Source: Minisyncoccota bacterium (GTDB lineage: Bacteria > Patescibacteriota > Minisyncoccia > Phycocordibacterales > JABAAK01). From it: DNA of 64,000 nucleotides. Below are positions 28,610 to 38,405 of this stretch, one piece after another. The stretch covers positions 429,772-493,771 of the forward strand of contig OZ244141.1 in assembly GCA_965216295.1 (NCBI GenBank), read 5' to 3'. Position 1 is the stretch's first letter. The number at the start of each line of letters is the position of its first letter. A model generated the notes under the pieces. The model was not told where the DNA came from. It worked only from the letters and a program-made list of their open reading frames with translations, and ran no database searches. A program made the translations under genes and the position numbers.

Positions 28610-29329
28610 ATGGAATCACTCCTTTTTGCGTCATTTGTTGCCGGGTTTCTCACTGTCCTTGCACCATGCCTTCTACCCCTTCTGCCAGTTGTCATCGGTG
28701 GAAGTTTAGTTGGTGGTAACAAAAGGAATCCATATATTATTATCGGTTCACTCCTCTTATCGGTTGTCCTCTTCACACTTATCATTGAAGGGCTTTCACT
28801 ACTCTTCTATATACCGCCATATATCTGGAGTTATATTGCAGCAACTCTCGTCTTACTCGTCGGTCTCTCGTTCCTTGCTCCATCGCTTTGGACAAACCTA
28901 CCTTTTATACGAAAACTTGCTAACAAATCTAACACGACACTAGGGAAAGGTACACAACGAAAAGGAATTCTTGGTGATGTGACAATCGGTGCTTCACTAG
29001 GTCCTGCTTTCTCTTCGTGCAGTCCAACATTTCTCATTATCCTTGCCATCGTACTACCAAGAGGATTTTTTGAAGGATTACTCTACCTCATCGTGTATGC
29101 CCTTGGGTTGGGTGTTGTCCTTCTCTTTATTGCCCTTCTCGGACAAAAAGCAATAGAGAAGTTGAATATTTTTGCAGATGGAGGCGGGTGGTTCAAAAAA
29201 ATCATGGGTATCATCATGATTATCATTGCTATTATGATTTACGCTGGTTTTGATAAGACAGTTGGTTCTCTTCTATTAGACATTGGTCTCTTTGATACAA
29301 CACAACTTGAGTTGATGGTACAACCGTAG
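28610..29329 (+). CDS. CcdA/DsbD-family disulfide transfer membrane protein
   Basis: AGFLTVLAPCLLPLLP, FSSCSP, YALGLG; about 6 TM. Confidence 0.9.
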   Translation: MESLLFASFVAGFLTVLAPCLLPLLPVVIGGSLVGGNKRNPYIIIGSLLLSVVLFTLIIEGLSLLFYIPPYIWSYIAATLVLLVGLSFLAPSLWTNLPFIRKLANKSNTTLGKGTQRKGILGDVTIGASLGPAFSSCSPTFLIILAIVLPRGFFEGLLYLIVYALGLGVVLLFIALLGQKAIEKLNIFADGGGWFKKIMGIIMIIIAIMIYAGFDKTVGSLLLDIGLFDTTQLELMVQP

Positions 29330-29379
29330 AAGTAATAGATTTCTAGAGAAACTCTGTAAACGTGTGATATTCTGCAGGT

Positions 29380-30234
29380 ATGGATATTCATAAAAAGGTG
29401 CTTTTGGGGGCTGTAGCACTCACCATCACCATCCTTCTTCTTCTTGGATTTATCTATATTATCATCAGTGACGATACGTTTGAACCAGGAGGAAGTAAGA
29501 TCAATAAAGAACCGCTTAATATTGATATCACAGGAAACATCCGTAGTGGTGATATCACTCCCGAACTAACAAAAGAGACTGACGAAACAAAAACACCACC
29601 AGCAACACTCACTATCCGTGAAACCATCTCACCTTTTGATGAAGTTGAGACAGCGGAGATTCTTGACACACTACCTGATGGACAAGTAGCGTATCGTGTT
29701 TGGTACAACGCCTCATGGAGCAAGGAGACTCATCCCGACTGGTTCCCCCTAGGAGCCCACCTCTCACCAATGGTTGCTTGGACACAGGTACGAAAAAACA
29801 CCATCTTTACCATTGGTAAAAAAGCCAGTGCTGGTATGGAAGAGATGGCAGAGACAGGTGCGCCCATAGCACTCACCGAAGAGTTAGATCGTCTCCGCAA
29901 AGATAAGTTGCTTGTGGACTATGCCATCGGTTCACTCATTAATGCCCCTGGCTCTGACGAAGTAGTCATTACTGCCTCACAGGCAGCATCAATAGTATCA
30001 GTGGTGAGTATGGTTGCACCCTCCCCTGATTGGTTTATCACCGCTCATAATATACCTCTCTATGAAAATGGTGAGTGGAAAGATTTCATTGAAGTTCACG
30101 CAACACTCTATGACGCTGGAACCGATGAAGGAAAAAAGTTTCGATCGTTGAATAAAGATAGTGAGGATGTTATTAAACTGTATCGGTCAGATCTTCCACC
30201 AATCGCATCGTTCTACTTCATCCGCGTAAAATAG
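29380..30234 (+). CDS. Membrane-anchored spondin (Spond_N) domain protein
   Basis: WS..THP..FP..AHLSP, AS.GME.MAE.G, SMVAPSPDWF, YDAGTD. Confidence 0.85.
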   Translation: MDIHKKVLLGAVALTITILLLLGFIYIIISDDTFEPGGSKINKEPLNIDITGNIRSGDITPELTKETDETKTPPATLTIRETISPFDEVETAEILDTLPDGQVAYRVWYNASWSKETHPDWFPLGAHLSPMVAWTQVRKNTIFTIGKKASAGMEEMAETGAPIALTEELDRLRKDKLLVDYAIGSLINAPGSDEVVITASQAASIVSVVSMVAPSPDWFITAHNIPLYENGEWKDFIEVHATLYDAGTDEGKKFRSLNKDSEDVIKLYRSDLPPIASFYFIRVK

Positions 30235-31555
30235 TGTGTAGTGCTGTACGAACAATCTCACGTTCATTCCACGCTATTGTTCCCTGTGCTGTTTTAGCAG
30301 TCACCTCAACTCCCTTCCCCGCAATGAGAACAACATCACCTGGCTTGGCATACTCCAAGGCACAGTGTATTGCTTTCTGACGATCCACCTCAGTTTGATA
30401 TGTACCAGTAGTCACCCGTTTTGCCCCTATTACCATGGCATCAAGTATCTCAGAGGGATCATCAAACTCTGGGTCGTTCTGTGTGAAAATAGTGATGTCA
30501 CTTAATTTCCGAGCAATCATACCCATCTCTTTTGCATTAAATCGCCATCTCCCACCACCAACAGCACCAACTAACGAGATAAGTCTACCTCCCTTGCGGA
30601 CATACTTTCGTGCTGCTTGAAGTGCACATCGCACACTGAGTGGTTCATGGGCGTAATCAAGTAACACCGAAAACGACTGTCCCTCCTTAAGTAACTCCAT
30701 ACGACCAGGAAGTTGTAGTCGTGCAAGTGTCTCTACGATTGTTTCTGGAGAGGTGTTTGGATAGTATCGTTGGGCAAGGATAATGGCAGGAAGGACATTT
30801 TGTATAGCAAAGGTACCCACTGTACCAATGCGGTACTCCACACCATCAACAGTAAAAACAGTTGTGCCAATGATATTTCCAACCTCTCGAACTACCGCCC
30901 TCACTTCAGATTTTTCGCCAACACCGAACCGTATACGAGTGACATCTTTTGTGTCAACGAGTTGTAGAAAATGTTCTGCATGATTGTCATCAGCGTTGAC
31001 TAAAACAAAACGGTCTATCGTTTTGCTATCAAGACACTTCTTTACCTTCTTACCAAATTGTTGAAAGAGGCGTCCTTTCGTATCCCTATACTTTTCAAAT
31101 GTCTTATGTGTCTGTAAGTGTTCTGGAGATAGGTTGGTAAAAACGAGAGCGTCATAGGTAATACCAAAATTTCTAAACTGTCGAATTCCTTCAGATGTTG
31201 TCTCAACAACAACAAACTGACAATTTGTATCAACCATTTTGCGAAGTTGCTGTTGTACAAAAAAACGACCTGGCATGGTCATATGGTGAGTATTCTGTAT
31301 CTTCACCCCTCCTGTACTAAATGCCGCTGTCGAGAGCAATCCAACCTGTGCACCAACGGCGGTCAATGTATCGTGTATAGCAATTGCGGTTGATGTTTTA
31401 CCCTTTGTGCCGGTAACACCAATGACAATGAGTTTGTTTGATGGAAAACGGTATATGAGTAATGAAAAAAGAGAAAGTATAAAATGGTATCCAAGGAGTA
31501 TCCACTCGGGTATGTAGGTAATGATACATCCTCTTATTTTCTGGAGAAAAGTCAT
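30218..31555 (-). CDS. murE: Mur ligase, MurE-type
   Basis: IGVTGTKGKTS, VETTSEG, FTNLSPEH, PGRME, DYAH, LIAGKG.E. Confidence 0.88.
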   Translation of the reverse strand: MTFLQKIRGCIITYIPEWILLGYHFILSLFSLLIYRFPSNKLIVIGVTGTKGKTSTAIAIHDTLTAVGAQVGLLSTAAFSTGGVKIQNTHHMTMPGRFFVQQQLRKMVDTNCQFVVVETTSEGIRQFRNFGITYDALVFTNLSPEHLQTHKTFEKYRDTKGRLFQQFGKKVKKCLDSKTIDRFVLVNADDNHAEHFLQLVDTKDVTRIRFGVGEKSEVRAVVREVGNIIGTTVFTVDGVEYRIGTVGTFAIQNVLPAIILAQRYYPNTSPETIVETLARLQLPGRMELLKEGQSFSVLLDYAHEPLSVRCALQAARKYVRKGGRLISLVGAVGGGRWRFNAKEMGMIARKLSDITIFTQNDPEFDDPSEILDAMVIGAKRVTTGTYQTEVDRQKAIHCALEYAKPGDVVLIAGKGVEVTAKTAQGTIAWNEREIVRTALHTILRG

Positions 31556-31630
31556 AGACAGCGACAGTGTAGCACGGTACCAGTGGTATATCACCTGTAC
31601 AAACAACAGTATTTGGAGCGAATATATGAC

Positions 31631-31664
31631 AAATCAGGGTACATCACAAAAGATATACCCTGAT
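31631..31664 (-). terminator. Intrinsic terminator-like hairpin
   Basis: ATCAGGGTA...TACCCTGAT inverted repeat just downstream of ORF 31676-32122. Confidence 0.65.
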
Positions 31665-31675
31665 ATAAAAACAGA

Positions 31676-32122
31676 CTAAGACACTTTGGATAACTCAAAA
31701 GCCATTGTTTTTTGCTGCACTTTAAAATCAGCATTAAACAAGGCATATGAGAAAGATTGACGAACTTTCAAACCTTTAATGCAAATCCAAAAAGCTTTTA
31801 TTAAACAATCGTGTTTAACATACAAAGACTCCCATGCTTCAACACCTTTCAGGGGAGAAACAGCAGAGTCATAATTGCTATCACTAAACCAACGATCACC
31901 ATGATGACCAAAGAGTTTATAAGTAATCTTAAGAAATTTTTCCCTATTGTCTTTATTGACAAAGTAAACTATTCCACAATTATGTAACAACAATAAACGA
32001 AAAAGAAACTCTTCTTCCTCTTTGAATTCTGGTAAATCATCAAGAGTACAACGAAGGATTTCAATCTCTCTGGATGCTAACTGCCAATTTGTCTGTTTTA
32101 TTCTTTCTGTTAAGGTTTTCAT
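31676..32122 (-). CDS. Hypothetical protein (stand-alone cassette)
   Basis: GGAGG SD upstream; TTGACG-17-TATACT promoter at about 32206-32234; own terminator. Confidence 0.7.
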   Translation of the reverse strand: MKTLTERIKQTNWQLASREIEILRCTLDDLPEFKEEEEFLFRLLLLHNCGIVYFVNKDNREKFLKITYKLFGHHGDRWFSDSNYDSAVSPLKGVEAWESLYVKHDCLIKAFWICIKGLKVRQSFSYALFNADFKVQQKTMAFELSKVS

Positions 32123-32286
32123 ACTATCACACCTCCCTCAACGCTATATATAAAGATGGAATTCAGGACAGCCAATCTGTCCATATATTCACTCCAACCA
32201 AAAGCAGTATATGGAGTTCTATTTGATTCGTCAAATTTTTGAAATAAAAAATGCTTTAATATAGAGATATTCTTTCACCATGATAC

Positions 32287-33498
32287 TCAGGATAACTTTT
32301 CTCTCTTTTTGCGATGTTTTCTGATGGCGAAACGATGTGCCTCAGCATTGCTGTGTAATATTTCCTCTTCCCGTGCGTGTGCATAATTTTTCGCACCAAG
32401 TATTTCTCTTGGTTTGTGTCGCTTATCTTTTACCACTGAAACGATAGGAATGCTCATGCCCATATCACGACAAACATTCTCTACTGCTGCTAACTGTGCG
32501 TTACCACCATCAACAACGATGAGATTAGGATACTGCCATTCACCGTGTCGAAATCGACGAGTGACCACTTCTTTCAACGCCCCCACGTCATCCTGTTTTT
32601 TTGCCCATCGTATATCAAAGGTACGATACTCTGATGGTTGTGGTTCACCATTAATAGAAACTACCATAACGCCAACAGTATCTTGTCCTTGTAGGTGGGC
32701 AATATCGTACGCCTCAGTACGAAAATGCTCTTCACCACCTTCTGCAAACTCCCTCTTAATGAGTGATGCGTCTCGTATGTGTTTGAGGGAAAAGATCCTT
32801 TTCTGTAACTCTTCCGCTTGTTCAAATCGCTCTTCTTTTGCATATTGCTTCATTTGCTTTTCAAGCATCGTAATGAGTCGTTTTTTCTTTCCTTCAAAAA
32901 GTAATCGTATCTCTCGTATCCGTTGTGTATATGCACTTTTGGACATATTTCCATGACACACACCAGGACAGAGACCGAGTTGTGCGTTAAAGCATGCCTT
33001 ACCACGTTGTGGTGTACAGGTGTCACGGTATGGTAGTAGTTTACGAATGATACGCATTGCTTCAGTGAGAACACCACCTTGTGGAAACGGTCCATAGAGG
33101 GAACGACATGGGTTTGTCTTTTTTTTCGCAAGCTCCCTTCCACGAATTTTCATGACACGAGGAAATTCTTCATTGGTAATACAGACGAAATAAAAACTCT
33201 TATTTGATTTTTCCCTTACATTGTAGAGCGGTTGATATTTTTTTATAATATTCGCCTCAAGCACTAGCGCATCAAGTATTGAATCTGTTTCTATTGTCTC
33301 AACCTTCTTTGCCTTATCCAACATATCAGCGATGCGCACCCCACGATCGTGTGTCAGGCGTGATGAAAAATAACTTCGTATGCGATCACGAAGACACGCT
33401 GCCTTCCCAACATAGAGCACTGCTCGTCGTGCCCCACGAAAGACATAGACACCTGGTGTATCAGGCAATTGTTTAAAATCGACTTCATCTCGATGCAT
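32287..33498 (-). CDS. uvrC: Excinuclease ABC subunit C (short, no HhH)
   Basis: PGVYVF..LYVGKA..LRDRIRSYF GIY-YIG; UVR domain; EAYDIAH; VDGGNAQL; EAHRFA. Confidence 0.93.
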   Translation of the reverse strand: MHRDEVDFKQLPDTPGVYVFRGARRAVLYVGKAACLRDRIRSYFSSRLTHDRGVRIADMLDKAKKVETIETDSILDALVLEANIIKKYQPLYNVREKSNKSFYFVCITNEEFPRVMKIRGRELAKKKTNPCRSLYGPFPQGGVLTEAMRIIRKLLPYRDTCTPQRGKACFNAQLGLCPGVCHGNMSKSAYTQRIREIRLLFEGKKKRLITMLEKQMKQYAKEERFEQAEELQKRIFSLKHIRDASLIKREFAEGGEEHFRTEAYDIAHLQGQDTVGVMVVSINGEPQPSEYRTFDIRWAKKQDDVGALKEVVTRRFRHGEWQYPNLIVVDGGNAQLAAVENVCRDMGMSIPIVSVVKDKRHKPREILGAKNYAHAREEEILHSNAEAHRFAIRKHRKKREKLS

Positions 33499-33519
33499 GT
33501 ATGTACCGTACCTTACTAC

Positions 33520-33564
33520 AAAAAAATGTGCACAGACACGGTATCGCTACCGTGTCTGTGCATT
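33520..33564 (-). terminator. Intrinsic terminator
   Basis: Perfect 15-bp stem TGCACAGACACGGTA/TACCGTGTCTGTGCA followed by T-tract on the minus strand. Confidence 0.88.
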
Positions 33565-33569
33565 AGACA

Positions 33570-33752
33570 TCAAACTTTTAAACAAAGATCAAAAGAATTT
33601 CGACCCTTTCTATAATACTCGGTTTGCACCCGATGATAACCACTCCCACTGAGATGTGCATGATGTCCACGAGAAACTTTCTTCAGTCTATCACTAGACC
33701 GCTGCTCCCCTTTAGGAAAACGTATCCTAGATACCCTTCTCTTTCGACTCAT
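33570..33752 (-). CDS. Small basic hypothetical protein (60 aa)
   Basis: AGGAGGT SD about 9 nt before ATG, own promoter upstream and strong terminator directly downstream. Confidence 0.65.
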   Translation of the reverse strand: MSRKRRVSRIRFPKGEQRSSDRLKKVSRGHHAHLSGSGYHRVQTEYYRKGRNSFDLCLKV

Positions 33753-33803
33753 TTGTTTGTACCTCCTAAAATTAACAAAGTGAATGTTCTAAAGAACAAA
33801 AAT

Positions 33804-33831
33804 ATTATACTATGTTATATAAATAAGTCAA
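33804..33831 (-). promoter_or_regulatory. Sigma70 promoter TTGACT-16-TATAAT
   Basis: Near-consensus hexamers upstream of the 60-aa ORF. Confidence 0.7.
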
Positions 33832-33834
33832 GAT

Positions 33835-36438
33835 TCACTTGAGCGCCCTCTTTAAATAAGGGGCGGTCTGTGATTTTGCGATTGTGGCAACCTCTTCTGG
33901 TGTTCCTGTCGCAATAACCTTACCTCCTCGAACACCGCCCTCTAACCCAAGATCAATGAGGTAATCAGCTGATTTGATAACGTCCATATTGTGCTCAATG
34001 ATAACAGCCGTGTTACCACGATCGACAAGGCAATTGATAATGCCAATGAGTCGTTGGACGTCGTCATAGTGTAATCCAACCGTTGGTTCATCAAGTAAGT
34101 ATATTGTCTTTCGTGTGTATGGTCGGTATAACTCAGCAGCAAGCTTTACCCGTTGTGCTTCTCCACCAGAAAGCGTCGTCGATGACTGCCCCAATGCTAA
34201 GTATCCCAAGCCAACATCAACCAATGCCTGTAGTCTTTCATGAATTGCTGGAACATCTTGAAAGAAATCGGCAGCCGTATCAACTTGCATCGTTAAGACG
34301 TCATTAATGTTTTTCCCCCGATACGCAATATCAAGAACTTCTTTCGTGAAACGCTTACCACGACAGACGTCACAGGTGATAAAAACAGTTGGTAAAAAAT
34401 GCATTTCAACAGCAACAAACCCATTACCACTACATCGTTCACATCGACCACCAGGGACATTAAATGAAAAACGACTTGGTTTCCATCCTCGGTACCGTGC
34501 GTCTTCGGTATATGCAAAGAGATCACGGATATGGGTGAACGCGCCAACGTATGTCACTGGTGTTGATCGAGGAGTCCTCCCTATTGGTGACTGACTGACA
34601 AGTACCGCTCTATCAAGATATTCATATCCCGTAAATGTTTTTACATCATATACTTTTTTTGTCGTTTGACTATGTATCAATTTCGCCTGTAAATTTTTAT
34701 GTAAAATATTGTACAGCAATGTTGATTTGCCAGAACCAGAAACACCAGTAATGACTGTGATTCTTCCTAGTGGCACTTTCACATTGATATTTTGTAAATT
34801 ATTTGCGTGAGCGCCAGCAACTTGAAGCATTCCTTTTGAGGCAGTGCGACGACTGTCTGGCACTGGTATCTGTATTTCACCACGAAGGTACGCGAGTGTT
34901 CTTGACTGGGTTTTGTTTTCCTTTGCCGTCAAGAGTTTTTGCAAGAACCCTGAGGCAACTATAGTGCCTCCCGTTATTCCAGCACCAGGTCCAATATCAA
35001 CAATATAATCAGCATGGAAAATAGTGTTCTCGTCATGTTCAACAACAATGATAGTGTTACCTGCATCTCGTAATTGCAGGAGTGTCTCAATTAAACGATC
35101 ATTATCTCTTTGATGTAATCCAATGGTTGGTTCATCAAGAACATAGAGTGCACCAACCAATCCAGAACCAAGTTGTGACGCAAGGCGAATACGCTGTGCT
35201 TCTCCACCAGAGAGTGTATTTGCCTTACGATCAAGGGTAAGATAACCAAGTCCAACGTTAAGCATAAATTGTATACGATTCACAATTTCATTAAATAGTG
35301 GTTTTGCAATCTTCTCAGACCGATCTGTCAATGATAATCGGTCAAAAAATACCCTACTCTCTTCAATGGAAAGTTTGATAACATCAATGATACTCTTCCT
35401 CTTTTTCCCTGTACCAATGTAAACCGCCAGTGCCTCTGGTCGAAGTCGTGCACCGTGGCAGGTGACACAAGCATCATCAATGAGCATATCGACCTGTCCA
35501 AGTCCGTTACATGCTGGGCAAGCACCGTGTGGTGAATTAAAAGAAAAAAGTCGAGGTTCAACTTCTGGGAAAGAAAAACCACATTTTGGGCAAAGGAAGT
35601 GAGAAGAGATAATCTGTTCGTCACCAACCGGATATGCTAATCGAACCAATCCATTCGCTTCATGTATTGATCGTTCAACTGCATCTGAGAGCCGTTCTCG
35701 AAAAACTTTTGGATTTTTTGCAAACTCACTGACAAAAATAGTATCAACAACAATATCAATATCGTGTTTTTTATGAAGTGCAAGTTTAATTTGTCGTCGT
35801 AGATTGTACGTCGTGCCGTCAATACGAACCTGTTCGTACCCACGGTGTAACAGGTCGTATAAGAGTTGGTAGTACTCACCCTTTCTCCCTACAACAATAG
35901 GGGCATAGACGGTGATTGTTCTATCATTGTATGACACTCCAACCAACTTCTTACTTTTCTCTAACCAGCCAGACTGTACTATTTGTTTTTCAACCTGTTT
36001 GATGATTTCTTCTTGAGAAACACGGTCAATGACACAATCACATTTGGGACAGTGTGGAACACCAACACGAGCAAAAAGAACACGAAGATAATCGTATATC
36101 TCAGTAATCGTTGCAACTGTTGATCGTGGGTTATTTGATCTGTTTTTTTGGTCGATAGAGATAGCGGGTGAGAGTCCAGTAATTTCATCAACTTCTGGTT
36201 TCTGCATCTGTCGTAAAAATTGTCTTGCATACGCTGACAAGGATTCAATGTACCGTCGCTGCCCTTCTGCAAATATGGTATCAAAAGCAAGCGATGATTT
36301 TCCAGACCCAGACAAACCCGTTATAACTGTCAAACTGTCGCGCGGTATGGTAACATCAATATTTTTTAGGTTATGTGTCTTTGCTCCCTTAATAACAATA
36401 GAATTATCACCATGTTTTTGAGGTGAAGAACGAAGCAT
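33835..36438 (-). CDS. uvrA: Excinuclease ABC subunit A
   Basis: [14 protein letters not shown], two [17 protein letters not shown], Zn fingers. Start at ATG 36438, 7 nt after TATAAT. Confidence 0.98.
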   Translation of the reverse strand: MLRSSPQKHGDNSIVIKGAKTHNLKNIDVTIPRDSLTVITGLSGSGKSSLAFDTIFAEGQRRYIESLSAYARQFLRQMQKPEVDEITGLSPAISIDQKNRSNNPRSTVATITEIYDYLRVLFARVGVPHCPKCDCVIDRVSQEEIIKQVEKQIVQSGWLEKSKKLVGVSYNDRTITVYAPIVVGRKGEYYQLLYDLLHRGYEQVRIDGTTYNLRRQIKLALHKKHDIDIVVDTIFVSEFAKNPKVFRERLSDAVERSIHEANGLVRLAYPVGDEQIISSHFLCPKCGFSFPEVEPRLFSFNSPHGACPACNGLGQVDMLIDDACVTCHGARLRPEALAVYIGTGKKRKSIIDVIKLSIEESRVFFDRLSLTDRSEKIAKPLFNEIVNRIQFMLNVGLGYLTLDRKANTLSGGEAQRIRLASQLGSGLVGALYVLDEPTIGLHQRDNDRLIETLLQLRDAGNTIIVVEHDENTIFHADYIVDIGPGAGITGGTIVASGFLQKLLTAKENKTQSRTLAYLRGEIQIPVPDSRRTASKGMLQVAGAHANNLQNINVKVPLGRITVITGVSGSGKSTLLYNILHKNLQAKLIHSQTTKKVYDVKTFTGYEYLDRAVLVSQSPIGRTPRSTPVTYVGAFTHIRDLFAYTEDARYRGWKPSRFSFNVPGGRCERCSGNGFVAVEMHFLPTVFITCDVCRGKRFTKEVLDIAYRGKNINDVLTMQVDTAADFFQDVPAIHERLQALVDVGLGYLALGQSSTTLSGGEAQRVKLAAELYRPYTRKTIYLLDEPTVGLHYDDVQRLIGIINCLVDRGNTAVIIEHNMDVIKSADYLIDLGLEGGVRGGKVIATGTPEEVATIAKSQTAPYLKRALK

Positions 36439-36549
36439 ACTTAGCATTATATATCCTTCTGGAGCACGGAGCAATAACTATACCCTCCAAACGTCAAAGA
36501 GTGCTAATGATGGGATGGATGGCTTGTAGGAGGGGTAATTGTATGCAAT

Positions 36550-36578
36550 TTGACACAATCATTTTATACAAGTATTAT
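36550..36578 (+). promoter_or_regulatory. Sigma70 promoter TTGACA-17-TATTAT
   Basis: Consensus -35 at 36550-36555; -10 at 36573-36578. Confidence 0.7.
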
Positions 36579-36583
36579 GAATA

Positions 36584-36664
36584 TGGAAATGCAGTTGCCC
36601 TTTGTTTAGGGCTTCTGGCGTTTTTTGGAAATGCAGTTGTCCTTTGTTTGGGGCTTCTGCTTTT
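36584..36664 (+). repeat. Two 42-bp tandem repeats, each a hairpin plus U-tract, in predicted 5' leader
   Basis: TGGAAATGCAGTTGYCCTTTGTTTRGGGCTTCTG at 36584 and 36626. Confidence 0.85.
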
Positions 36665-36695
36665 AAGTTTACTATTTCTCATGGAGGATGATGAA

Positions 36696-37790
36696 ATGAA
36701 AGAACATATTATTAAAACAGACTGGGTTCCACTAGTACGCGACCACTATCGTCCACAGCGACACACAATCGGTATCTTCCTTTGGGTAAGTGTTACTGTT
36801 ATTGCAGCAGTGCTTTACTTTTTTCTCCCTATTGGGGAAAAAATACCATTTGTTGTGCCTTTTTTCTCTGGAGTTGATATCACTACCTTTCTAGGTAAGC
36901 ACGCTGTTGTGCCAATTCCACCAGAAAAGTATATGTTAACTGGATTTGTTGTATCAACACTACTATTGTTATTATCATTCTTTCTGTTCAATAAAATGAC
37001 AGAAAGGATACAACAAGGGTATATCTCTGTTTCTGTGAGCTTTATAAGTTTACTAGCGATGGTGTATCTCACAGCAGGAATGTATTTCAACGAAAGTCAG
37101 TGGTTTGGTGAAAATATCAACGGTCTAGTTGGTATCACATTTGGTAATATAGTATTACCTTCTATTCTGCTACTGTTGTATATACATGTTTTACTGACAC
37201 TGAAATTCACATTAATATTTAGGCGGAGGTGTCGGTTTATCAACAATCTTGCTACCGTTTCTAAAAACACGATCTTGTGCTTTGAGGAACTTAATCTGAC
37301 CTTACAGCAAGAATGTGATAAGATGTGGTCTCGTTCTAAATGGAAAGGCTACAAACGGTACTTAATACTGTCAATATTCAAACTTGCAGAGATGGAGTAC
37401 TTACTGAATAAGTCAGAAAAAATCTTCAAGAAAAAGACAGGGCTTCTCTTAAAACAAAGAGGTGAATTTAAACTTAGAAAAGAGAAGCTTTCTAACGCAG
37501 TTTCTGAATTTAACAGAGATTATGGAGTGGCAAGGAGAGATGGTAATGTAAAAACACCTCCCTCCCAACCTCTCACAGACAGTGGTAAGGAAAGAAAGTA
37601 TCCCGTCTTTACGGAAGAGATACAACAGGAACAACAACCTAAAATATCTCCCAAACCTCAAAAGGTCAAGAATGAGAGAGCTGCCGTATTAAGCACGCCC
37701 CCTCCTTCTCAAAAACCTCAAGAGGTGCCCGTTCAGCGGGCAAAGACGAATGATAGGAGTTCATTAAAAATTGAAGCTTGTAATCCCTAG
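36696..37790 (+). CDS. Hypothetical membrane protein (about 4 TM, coiled coil, P/Q/K-rich tail)
   Basis: GGAGG SD 8 nt before ATG 36696; ORF-track start 36423 overlaps uvrA and the promoter. Confidence 0.7.
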   Translation: MKEHIIKTDWVPLVRDHYRPQRHTIGIFLWVSVTVIAAVLYFFLPIGEKIPFVVPFFSGVDITTFLGKHAVVPIPPEKYMLTGFVVSTLLLLLSFFLFNKMTERIQQGYISVSVSFISLLAMVYLTAGMYFNESQWFGENINGLVGITFGNIVLPSILLLLYIHVLLTLKFTLIFRRRCRFINNLATVSKNTILCFEELNLTLQQECDKMWSRSKWKGYKRYLILSIFKLAEMEYLLNKSEKIFKKKTGLLLKQRGEFKLRKEKLSNAVSEFNRDYGVARRDGNVKTPPSQPLTDSGKERKYPVFTEEIQQEQQPKISPKPQKVKNERAAVLSTPPPSQKPQEVPVQRAKTNDRSSLKIEACNP

Positions 37791-37801
37791 GGATGCATAC
37801 A

Positions 37802-37841
37802 ATCACCCAAGTTGATTAATCAGCTTGGGTGATATTTTTTT
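37802..37841 (+). terminator. Intrinsic terminator between convergent genes
   Basis: ATCACCCAAGTTGAT/ATCAGCTTGGGTGAT followed by T7. Confidence 0.85.
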
Positions 37842-37853
37842 ATAAAAAGTAGA

Positions 37854-38348
37854 CTACTCTTTCTTTTCGATATCATTTAAAAAAGGACCACGACGAGCTG
37901 CCAGCCCTGCCAAATCATCGGCGGTTTCATTTCCCTCTTCATTGCTATGCCCTTTCACCCAGTGCCATTGAACCGTATCATTATTGAGTTCATCAAGCTC
38001 TTTCCAAAGATCAATATTCTTTACCTTTGCTTTTTTTGTACGCCCATACTTAGTAACCTGTTCACGTTGCCACCCTTGCTTTTTCCATTGCGACACCCAC
38101 TCAACCATACCTCGACGAACATACTGACTATCAGTATAGATAGCAATGGGTTCACCCATCTTTCCATACTTTTTGAGCGCCTCAATACATGCACGCATTT
38201 CCATACGATTATTAGTCGTATGACGATACCCATGACGAATGGTAGACATGATGGCATTGCCACGATATGCCACAACACCGATGCCACCAGGACCAGGGTT
38301 TCCTAAACACGATCCATCAGTAAAAATGGTAATTCCCTCAGAACTCAT
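37854..38348 (-). CDS. rnhA: Ribonuclease HI
   Basis: FTDGSCLGNPGPGG, TTNNRME, YTDSQYV, KNIDLW, WVKGH, NETADDLA. Confidence 0.97.
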   Translation of the reverse strand: MSSEGITIFTDGSCLGNPGPGGIGVVAYRGNAIMSTIRHGYRHTTNNRMEMRACIEALKKYGKMGEPIAIYTDSQYVRRGMVEWVSQWKKQGWQREQVTKYGRTKKAKVKNIDLWKELDELNNDTVQWHWVKGHSNEEGNETADDLAGLAARRGPFLNDIEKKE

Positions 38349-38405
38349 GTGGTATATGTTACATGCAGTATAGCGTATTGTTTCATTAGAAGCGAGAGCT
38401 CCTCA

